Shown here: positions 44,194 through 56,100 of the stretch, piece after piece
Numbering within the stretch: position 1 is the first letter of the stretch
Layout of the letters: every line of letters starts with the position of its first letter
Made by a program: the position numbers and the translations under genes
NCBI GenBank assembly: GCA_964188305.1
Contig: OZ076889.1
Source of the DNA: Podarcis bocagei
Taxonomy: Eukaryota
Reading direction: 5' to 3' (one strand)
Length of the DNA stretch: 64,000 nucleotides
Notes under the pieces: model-generated
The model's database searches: none
What the model saw: only the letters and a program-made list of their open reading frames with translations
What the model was told of the DNA's origin: nothing

Positions 44194-47100
44194 CCAGTAG
44201 AGCATAAAAATAGTCCCATCTTTGCTTATTTAGCCATTACACACATCCCTATATTTTATATCTCGCCTTGGTTCATTGGTGAGAAAAGAGAACTGCAAGA
44301 AAAAGCAATGACCATGTAGTTTTTGCATTTGTAAAGTGTTTTGAAAAGGGATTAGCAGGACCGAAATCAGCTGATTATCAGGGTTGCCACGTTCCTTACA
44401 AAGCGTTATTTTTCAGAATCTCTTGAAAGGGGCTCGGCAGGTTTGTGGGGGGAAAGTGACCCAAAATCATTGTGATAGCTGGTGGGTCAAACTTGACCCA
44501 TGAGGGATGGCCAAGATAACAATGTGGGCCATTGGCCAGTTCCTGTTCCCCTTGTTCTAGGGAATTGACACAGAAAAGGCATTACTTCACCTTTCGTGGC
44601 AAGAGAGGATAGATCTGCACATCTGAAGTATTTTTGTCCTTTGGTTTCCCGATAAAACCAGAAAAGGAATCTACCACTGCTAGTAGAAATACACGAAGAA
44701 GCCTCCATGTGCCTAAATTCAAAATGTAATGGGAGATAGTCAACTAAGCTTTACTTAAGAGTAGACCCACTGAAATTAGTGAACATGGCTAAGTTAGGTC
44801 CATTAATTTCAGTGTGTATATTCTGGGTAAAACTTAGTTGAATGCCACCCAGTTTTGCTAAAATTTGCACACTCTCTCTCTTTAAGAATATTTCCTATTC
44901 CAGTTAAATGCAAAAAAGCTTATTTAAGTAAATGAAAAAAATACTCACACATGTTCTTCTGGAGTCGGGGACGTTTTGAAGGGATCTCTCCTCCTTTAGG
45001 TATTTTCCGCCTTCTCAGTTCTAAAGTTATTGGCTGCAATGTTTGAGAGCCTTGCTCTAAATATGTAAATAGAGCAAGGAAAAGGTTTCTAAACATACCA
45101 AGAGAAGAGGTAACCAGATTTTTTCTTTCTTTTTTAAAGAGAAATGACATTTTCCTACTGTTTTATAAAACTTTTATGGAGCTTAGGATTTGAATTCTCT
45201 AGTTTCACCTTCCTTTTTTGGGGGGAGGGAAGTATTCCATAACATGTAGTGGTACCAACTGAGATAATAGCCATATATCATTAACACCACAAGTTCCTTA
45301 GGAACTGGATGACAGATCTTGCACCCCAATCACTGTTGTAACTCTTGGCTTTAACAAGTGTAGAAAACTTACACTAATTTGCGAGTGTTGATGGTCAGTT
45401 CAAATTAAAGTAGCATAATAACTAGTTAAATCTGTTGTATCACCTAAATTGGGATATCTACACAAGGAGAAGGAAGAGATGGGGGATCTTGTGACCCTCC
45501 AGATGATGCTAAACTACAGCTCCTGTCACCCCCGGCAACTGGCCATGCTTGTGCGCTGCTGAGAATTGATGTTCAACATCTGGAGGGCCACAGATTCTCC
45601 ACCCATCGTATATGAATGAGATACAGCCTTGACTGTTACCACTGACCTGCAGGAGGCACCACAGGTGGTCGACCACGTCGTCTTTTAGTTTCTTTGAGGT
45701 TTTCTGGTGGGCTATTCACATTATCATTTTCAGGTTTCTTTTCAATCTGGGTATCTATTGAGAATTCTCTGTCATTTTCAGATATGTTCTCTTTGTCTTC
45801 TTTGCCATCCTTTGGAAGGGCCTTTTCAGACACCTTGCTCTTTTCTGAAGGAACTATTAGTTTCCCTTCTTTATCAGGTTTAGACCTTCGTTCAGTCTTT
45901 AACGTCTTTTCATCCTTGTCTTTCTTACTATTCTCAGTTGCTTTCCTCGGTTCTTTAAACTTTTCCCATCTTTCAGGAGATGAAGGGATTTCATTACCTC
46001 TCTCCTTGGGTCTTGAATTACTCACAATAGACTAAAAGCAAGTTTAAAAATTGTGATTGCTTTCCATTGTAAATGAAACTTACTTACAGAACTAGGAAGG
46101 GGGAGGCACTGAAATAAGCCAATTAATAAGACACACAATATACTATTAAAAGAATCCTGTGACTGTACAGCTTTAATACTATTGTCTGGTTCCTTTTTCC
46201 TAATATGATTGCATGCACATATAAAAAGAGTTAAAAGCTATAGAGCAGTACATAAGGAAACAAGTACCATATGACAACACTCAGTGCTCATGGGAGATTA
46301 CATGGGGGACAACTGGTTAGAGTATCTGGAATTTCTACATTAAGATTTATAATCTGTGTTTTAATCAAATTAGCAGGGTGGCATACAATTAAATTTTAAC
46401 ACACAATAACACAAATACATAAAAATAAACTTAGATTTATAAAAGCAGAAATAAGTAATAGATAAGACAGAATAAAGCTGATAATCAAAAGCTTAAAAGC
46501 TTGGGGAAATGAAATAGTCTTTGCCTCATGCTGAAAAAATACCCAAGTAGGTACCAGTTGAGACTTCGTTGCAGAGTGTGTTCTAAAATGTCAGAGCAGA
46601 ACTGAAAAGGTCCTTTGCCTGGTAAACATACACCAGATCTTGGTTCTGAATGGGAACCCAGAGAAGGACCTCTCAGAGCAACTTACAGTTTTTTAACCCC
46701 CCCGCCACAAGTTGGCTCTGTGAGGGTTGGGGAGACCCCTGGAACACTGCATGGAAGGAGGAGAGGGCAGATCACTCCTTCAGGCAAGGAGATCCACTTA
46801 GTGAGTGATCTACTTAGCGCTATGTTGAATATGTCCTATGATATGTAAGGAATGCCCACAAACAAGACCTAAGTATAACAGCATTCACCTCACTTGTGGA
46901 TTTCCAGTAACTGGTATTCAGAAGAATAGGGCCTCCAACAGTAGATATAGAACATATGGCTCACAGCCACTGATAGCCTCCATTAATTTTTCTAGTCCTC
47001 TCACAATAACTGCCTCGTTCCCTTACAAGGACATTGTATCGGGGGAAAATATGGCAGTTCTCATAGGTCATGAAGGCAGTCACCTTTTTATCCTTACAAT

Positions 47101-50100
47101 TCCCCAGGCAGGAACCGCATGTCTTAAGATACAGTTGCTTCCTGGGAACATTTAAAAAGACTATGCGGAAGGACACTGTAGGGAAAAGCTGCCCTTGGAC
47201 AATCTTGTAAATACAGTGCAAACATATGCACAGATTCATGAAACAATCATGCTGTTTAATCTGAGATCCATGTTCTGATCTGTGCATGGGTCCTCAGTGG
47301 GCAAAATGTGTAGATTTTATCCAAGATGTTGTGTGAACCAGAATCCACTTCATCCCTACATCTTAGACTGTATGTCCTCTATTAAAACACATGAACTAAC
47401 AACCCTGTAATTTATGTTCTGCCCCCAAATCAGTTTAACCAAATCGAAATATAAAAGTAAGTTTCATACCTGATCTTTGGAAAAAGCTTTGACGTGTATA
47501 TTCTTGACTGTCTGAATTACACCATCATAAAATTTTACAGTGTAAGTACCTGAAATTTAAAAGAAACCCCACTTAGAAACTGAAGCAGCAACTCTACAGT
47601 GTGCTAATTACTCAAAGCATAAAGGCAAAAGTGATTCACACGTAAGAGTCGTCTTCCCCAACCTGGCGTCCTTCAGATGTTTTGAATTACAACTCAACCA
47701 ACCTCAGACATCATGGGCAATAGGCAAGAGTGGGGTAAAAGCAATCTTCAGAAGTCCCAGATCACAAGTTTCCATCACTGTGAAAAACTGGGTTTGATTG
47801 CAATAAATTCTATTTTTATCAAGGAAAATGTTGAGATTTAAAATCTGCTTAATAGCTTTTATTTCCATCAAGTGGAAATAAATACGAAAAGCTATTGCAT
47901 TGCAGTGAAACTTAGCGTTTTCTATAGACAGAAAGGCTCCTTCATTCTATGGACACCTTTGATGCAGTGGTGAGATCTTGTTGGTAAAAGGTGGTAGGGG
48001 CAATTTTAACCAAAAACCTCTTTTTCTTGAGAGTTCACCAAATCTCCAGAGCAGGTTTTGAGAGCATAAGGAGCTGCAGGGGGGAATCTGAGAAGTTGCC
48101 TCCACACCCTTCCTCCACCAGAAGAAATGTCTGGATCCAAGCAATGGAACTTACACATGCCCATACTACTAGAAATTAATCCACAAAATTGTCTCACATT
48201 ACTTTTTCACTCTCACATAATTAGTGTTCATACCAATTCAAATATTCATAACATTCATAAGCAGTGGTCATAAAAATTGGGAATAGCATGGAACATATAC
48301 AGCTACTCATTTTCAAGACGACTTCTGAAAGCAGTCATAAAGGATGTTTCTCTACAGTGTACTCTGAAATTAACAATTATGCCTTACCATCCTTGTTAAC
48401 AGAAGTAACTTTGGCTGGATAAAAACGACAATCAGACCAGCAAGCCAACACTTGATCATTTATATGAAATCCCTAAAAAATGGAAACATAGAAACCAGTG
48501 TTCAGGATACACTGCTGCATCATAGCAATAATAAAATAATCTATGCAGTAAACAAAACATTCCTGCAGCAGACTTTCCTACCAATTATTTTACAAACGAT
48601 TTTAATAATTGTACTCAGCCTATGGGGCACAATAGCTCTGATATTCTAAACATATTGTCAAGGCAGGGTGATCATCATAAGCAGCAAGATTATTGAATAC
48701 TTGGATTCAGAAGAGTGTGTTATTTGTATAAAAAATGGAAAATTGCCAAGAAAAATGACAATAATAAGGATAAAATCCTATACCCACATACCTGGGAGTA
48801 AACTTCACTGAAGTCAAAGTGAATTACTTCTGAGTAAACAACAGAGTAGAACCTCTGCAGGCCTAATTAAAGCCAACAGGCCACTTTGGCTAAACCACAC
48901 CCACATGCCAATCACCTTCATCATACACAATGCCATATATGGGAAGGTAAAAAGGTGACCAGACAGGGCCAGAGGGGTCTTCTGAAATGTTGCCAATCAC
49001 CTGATTGGCAGGAGTTCAAAGGTGCTTTGAAGCATGGCTTATCAGCTGATTGTTGGAACTCCAAGTGCTTCATCGCCTGATGTTACTGTGGCATCCACCT
49101 ATCAAATTGGACCACACGGAGTTGGGGTAAGAAGGATCTGGCCCACCAGACTGCACTGTAAAGCAAACTTCACAGCAGGTGTGGAGAACTAAGCAGGCAA
49201 ATGGGCTGCATCTCTAACTCCTTCATCCCCTGTGGGTCAACAGTAACAGGTGGGTGGGACAGTAGAGAAGATATGTCCATTTGCACATGCGAATAGATTT
49301 CAAAAGGGATCACAACAAGAAGCTTCTGAGATGCACTCTGAAAGTTCTCAGTGGAGGTCTCACTGTTGAGGTGACACCTGAAAGCCCTGCTTATAAACAA
49401 ACAGGCAATGACTTATACCTACTTATACCCACAGGCTTTTCTGCCCCACACCTGATGTCACATTTGAAGTCAGGTGTGGGCACGGTTTGGAGGGGACGAA
49501 GCCTTGAGGGCTACATTTGCATCTGTGTTGGGCCCAAATAGGTCCATGGACTGCCCACCCATGCCTTACAGTGACAAACAACATGTTTATAAACAGTAAT
49601 GTTGCCCAAGGTTACCATATTTCATTTATCATTTTTTCTATCCCACCCCAGCTAAGAAGAAATAGTATGCAATTTTTTTTTATTATACCAATAATATTTA
49701 CAGTGGTGCCCCGCAAGACGAATGCCTCGCAAGACAGAAAACCCGCTAGACGAAAGGGTTTTCCGTTTTTGAGCTGCTTCGCAAGACGATTTTCCCTATG
49801 GGCTTGCTTTGCAAGACGAAAACGTCTTGCAAGTGTTCCGATTTTTTTCCGCCCCCCCTTTTCTAAGCCGCTAAGCCGCTAATAGCCTTTTAGCCGCTAA
49901 TCCGCTAAGCCTTTAATAGCCGCTAAGCCTTTAACAGCCGCTAAACTGCTAATAGCGCTAATCCGCTAATAGGGTTGCTTTGCAAGACGAAAAAACCGCT
50001 AGACGAAGAGGCTCGCGGAATGGATTAATTTCGTCTTGCGAGGCACCACTGTATAAAAAACACTTAAATCTGCATTCACAAGTTTGTAAAGAATTGGGTT

Positions 50101-53100
50101 GACGTCAAGCTTTAACTTAGGTTGCTTTTACTTACAGAAGATCCTTCGTCATCATGTAATCCTTCTTTTCTTAACTGTATTTTTTCTAAAGGACGCAAAT
50201 AGGGACTGTCCCAACAAAACCATTCATCATAGCGGTGATTCCAGCGTTTGAAATGGATTAGCACTTTTCCTTCCTCATAATCAATTTCTTCAATGTGAGC
50301 TGGATACCTATGCAAAGAAAGTTAATTTAAAATATTCTTGCCAAAAAAGTTGAAATAATTATCTTGAAAAGGGAGTAACTATACTACAAAGCCATAGATT
50401 TTGGTAAATGTATGAATATGATATACAAATAGCTTCAATTTCACCTTTTTGTGATCAATTTAATCTTGCTGGTTTTTTATTATTAAGCGAAACTGCTTTC
50501 TTTTTCTAGGAAATATGACAAACACCTGAATTCAACATTAACAAAGAGCCGACAGTTTATGTGTTTATGGCTGTGTCTTGTGAATTCTTAAGTCATGGTT
50601 TCCATCGATGCTTTTGCTGTGCAGACCTTGCACTTTTCGTCATAACTAATGTTCTAGCCAAACAACCTTGCTGGTGCTATCAGCAGTATATGATAGAAAG
50701 TTAAAAATCTTATGCCATCGGAGAACAACAAAAAGACCCCTAGGAATAGCTGCTTGGTATCCTCAGAATGATGACAATAGGCAATGTTAATTTGTCAGCA
50801 CCATGACCTGACACTGCTGTTATCGGTGGCTGACATCAAATTGTTCCCAAGTGCTGGCAGACAGACTGCATACCCACCAAATCTGCCTTGGCAAGTTACA
50901 GGACCTTGTGGAAATATGGGGAGGGGGCTGAAGGAGGACGAAGAAGAATGGGAAATCTACTTTTGTAATGTTTGATGTCACTCAGTAGTGTTAAGAATTA
51001 GTCTATTTTAAAAATTAAACACAAATCCATACAAGATGTACATCCCTACAATAGCTTAATCTACACTTTTGTTAAGGGTAACTTCAAAAGTAACAAACAA
51101 CAGCTTATCCCATATGACAAAGTAACCGGGGAATTTTCAATTGTGCAATAATCATGTGGGTACAGAAGCTGAGAAGGACTCCTCAGACCTATATGCTTGT
51201 TCCTAGAGAATAATCAGTTCCTCCTGATTGATCCTCAACCATTATGGAGCAAGATGCTTTTTAGCAAATCATATTGATCAATCCATCTTCAAGCAGAGAA
51301 CATTTTCATCATCTCCTACTGATATCAGATGAGATGAGCAAAACCACCTCAATCAATCTCTGACTTTTGTCTTCTGGGTTTCTGGGGGGTTTTCCTGTTG
51401 TTATTCTGCCTCTCACAGCTACAATAAACCTACCATTAAAATTATGGACTGGTCTTTTCTTCGTCAGAGGGTAAACAAGCAAATTTTGCAGGGGATCAAA
51501 TACTTTTTCCCTTCATTGTATCTTTACTTTGATATACTGGCAGATTAGTTTCCTCTCAGAATTAGGAATTGAAAAAACAAGTTCTGAACATTACAAATCC
51601 TTGACTACACATCAATATCAGATACAGCAGCTTTCTCCAACCTGGTATCCTCCTTTGGATAACTGTTAACAATCTCAGCTAACCTGACCAATGGTTGGAG
51701 ATGATGGAAGTTGTAGACCAACAATATCTGGAAGGCATCAGCCTGGGGCAACATACTACCAGAGCACAGCCAAAAAACAAAACAAAACCCTATTCATCGA
51801 TGGTTAGCAATCCTATGGCATTTATGGTATTTCTTCTCCTTCTACCACTCCTTGCTCACTGTTAATTACCTGTCTTTGAAGTGCTATCTTAGGAGGCTCT
51901 CTAAACTGGACCCAATAGCAAGAATACTCTTACAACCATAGAATTCTATACAATATCACATCGGCTATAACCACCAATCATTTTCAACTTCTTAAGGACT
52001 ACAGTTCTTGTATACTTAAATATAGTAATTTAAAACTAATTCTAATAATACAACTTCTCATCTAACACTTCTGAACTAATTTTATTTCATGCTCCAAACG
52101 TGTATTTTGCTATAGTAATACCTACATTCTTCTTCCAAAGGCTATAGGCTACATTAGACTCAAATGCCTAACACCAGGAATAATCAACATGACACGCCCC
52201 AATTGTCATTGGACTACAATTCCCATGAGCCCTAGTCAATCAGCACTTATGGAAGTTGGGAGTCCAACAGAAATTGAGGACACTACATTGGTAATTGGGG
52301 GGGGGGGGACACCAGTGCAGAATGATACACACAGGTCCCACTTCCCCAAGAAATCGTTCTTTAGTCAAGTGTTTACTAAGTTTACAATTCTCAGAAAAGT
52401 TAGTGTTGTTCTTTTCAAACCTAGAATCATAGTTTAGCATATAAACTCAAGTTCAATAAAGGGCAGACCAGGTTGCTTTATAACTTGGCAACGGCAACCC
52501 ACCTTCTGCCTCCAATTATCATGAAGTCTAATACAATTCTTGCTGTGTTGCTACTGCATCAAGAAAGCTTAGCTCCTGAAAACAACTAGGGTTATGTCAA
52601 ATATACTGATTATACACCCCCCATCTATACTTGCAAGGAGAATGACATAACACCAGCATCTGCCTAACAAGCTACAATTTTCTCTCGCAACTCAGTATTG
52701 CTGTTTTTTACTTGCACATTATGTGCAATGAAGTGTTTATTCAAAAGGTTTCTGTTTATAAGGCCTACTGTCAAGGAAACTATAATTAACTAGCTGTTCA
52801 GTATTATGTTTCCAGTTGTTCAGATATTTTAAATAACAAATGAAAAGGTAAGCAGCACATAGGCAGCAAGAACAGATAAAACCAACATACACTTTCGTAC
52901 ATTCATATAGACAGAAAAAGCTCATCTACAAGTAGGCTTGTATCGTAATGCAACAGTGACCCACTAGCTTATACAGGAGTCTCGTATGCACATCAGAGAT
53001 CCCTAATGTATTAGGAGCCCTTGGTCTGAGCTGATTAGTTTATTATTTACAGCTGGTATAGAATTCAATGGCCAGCTTGCCTGGGGCAAGAGACTCTAGG

Positions 53101-56100
53101 TAGTTAACACTAATCCTGGCCAAATTGCACTGGCTACCAATTAGATTCCACGTCTTATTCAAATGCTGGTTTTGACCTATAAACCTTTATGCAGCTAAGG
53201 ACCGCAATGCATCAAGGACAACCTCTCCTCATATGAACCAACCTCGACCCTGCAACCATCATCTGAAGCCCTTCTTTGTGTGTGCCCCTCCTCAGGAGGT
53301 CTGAAGGGTGCCAACATTAGAACAGTGCTTTTCAGTGGTGACTCCTTATGCTTAGAATGCTCTCCTTGGGGGTGGCTCACCATTGTAGAGATGCAGACAC
53401 CAAATAAAATAAAATAAAATTTCACCAGGGCTTTGCTCTTAATTATCTGTGGTCCCCTTTAGTGGATGGGGAATTTTTAATCCTGCCTTTAAAAAGAGGA
53501 TTGTTTTTCTTGGTTTTTCTTTCATGCCTGGTTTAATGTATATGTTTGTTTATACAATGTAAGTCACTTTGTGGTCCCTTGCTAAAAAAAGTGATCAATA
53601 AATTTAACAAATAAATTTAAGACATTTGTATACCACTTAATTATTCAAATTTCTAAGTGGCGTACATTATCTTCAGTGACCAAACTAGTGACACTAGTTC
53701 ATTCATTGAAGCATTTCAAAAATAAACTCTATTTTTTTATAAACTTCCAATGCTACCAACCCTCATCTTCAGCAGAGTGCAAACTGTCCAGAATGCATCG
53801 TTTTAGATACGTCATTTGCTATAGCCTTGATCTAGCCAAAACAAGTTCTCATGAAAGCATGTTTCCATAATACATTAACCCAAGAGAGACAGAATGATTT
53901 GAAATGAAATGTGTAGCTGTCCTTTCTATACAAATGTCTAGTATCAGTGTTCTGCAGTGTCAAGGTTCAGCTCAGTCTCTTAAAAAAGATTGATTCTCGG
54001 TTTTCCTATACATGGTGGGTCCTCAAGAAACAACGCCGAAAAGCGAACTTTCCAGTATTCTCTATTCATATAACACAAAACAAAGTCCTACTTATCAATT
54101 CAGAACAGTACAAATAATAAATTATTATTGTTAGTTTTTAATGTGTGACATTTTAATGTATTTTTAATTTTTGTTTGAAGCCGCCCAGATAATAATTACA
54201 ATATCACATTCTACTTTCAACCTCCATAAAGTCAGAATGAAAAAGTAATCCACTAGTTCACCCCCTTATAAAGCATTCCTCATGATCAAAGTTTTTATTT
54301 CAGCCACTTGACAGGGGTCCTTCATTTCAAGGTGCAGGGTATTGAAGAGTAAGGACACTATACCTCAGGGGAATGGGATATACACTAACCATATTGTTCT
54401 TTTTTATAATTTATTGATTAGAGTATGCTCCCTTCTAGAGTAAATATACCGTTCATGGCTGTTTACAACGTATAAAACATAATGCTTCCATAAAAATAAC
54501 AAAAAAAATTCAGAATATATCCATATATGTGTCATAAAATAAAAGGTCACAATGAAATGGTCTTCAATAGCTTGCAAACAAAAAAACAACAAGGGAGACA
54601 GCCAACCACATTTCAAAAGGCAAAGCATCCCATGATACCAGTTATCTTCTCTTGTCCCACTCAGCTGTGCTTCCACTCTAGGAAAGACAGAGAAGAAACA
54701 TTCCTTCCGATCTTAGAGAGCGACTAGGATGACATGGAAGAAGGCAATCCCCAAATGATCAACTTGTTGACTCAAATGTCTTTTTCAGAGCCTCTTCCAA
54801 GATCCCTTACACTTGGCACCTCAGAAACAGTAATACTATGATAACAATTAAAATGGTGTAAAGCAGAAGGTCTCACTGTGGCTTAGGAAACAGTCTCACG
54901 CCAGATCGGACTATTGGTCCATGTAGTCTAGTACTGTCTACTCTAAATAGTCATGGAGATTCCAGATCCTGAATCAGAGATTATTTTTCAAGAAAGTGCA
55001 GATGGGTGTTCTTTGTGCAGGAAACTCAGGCTGAACCCTGTACCAACTTCACAACAGATTTAACACAAAGGCTGCAATCCTATACCCACTTACCTGGGAG
55101 TAAGCACCATTAGGCTCAATGAGACTTACTTCTGAGTAGACATGTATAGGATTGCACTGTATTACAGATCAGCAGACATTAGGTGAGGGGAGCAAAATCA
55201 ATAAATACTATATGAACATTTGCAATCAGAACAAAGTTAATGTCAGGGAGTCAAACCGAACCCTTTTTTTAAAAAAAACTGAAAACCCAGCATAATCAGA
55301 ACCTACATAATCATTGGTGATGTTAGCTGTCTGCAAACTTTTATTATGCCCGAATTCAACTGTGATCCACTTTATAATTTCTGCCGTATTTATTAAACAA
55401 AATTATTTTAAAATGTCATTTTTATTTATATTTCATTTTTATTAAAGAATACCATGCTAATATTATGTGTTGTATAAATATCTCATTTCCTAAATACCCA
55501 AAAGTATCTGATCTGAAATGTTTGATGTTATATTCAAGCGAGTGCAAAGCTGTACTATTTTTTAATGAAATGCTTATCAATATTGACATTACAATTCAGT
55601 AACATCTGTGTCCTCAAGTTTTAAGGTGGACAATGAAGGCACTGAAAATGGTTAACATGCTCAGTTTTAGCATACTCAGTGCTATATCTGCATGCACACT
55701 TTGAGGGGAACAATCCATTTTGACTAGTTATTTTTATCCAGTCATTATTTTTAAAAAACAATTTTATGAAACAATGCAGTTTTAGAAATAAGTCTTTTTT
55801 AATGTGGAAAAACATAGCAATGGAATTTTTTCCATAACCGAAAATATCCTGTACCACATCACTGTTTGAAACAAGAATGAGAATGCAATCAGAAAAAAGG
55901 GCAGGTTATTAGTTTGGAATAAGGGTTTGACTAAAAACTGAAAAGATAGCACTTACTGACTCCAAAAACAAAGAATTATAATAAACTACTAATGCATTCA
56001 CAGAACTAATATTGAGAAGAATGCAATGCTAAAATCATGGTTTACTGCTATAAGAACAAGGTGTAAAAGTATTGAGGAAAGTCTTAGGCTTGAGCGCTTC

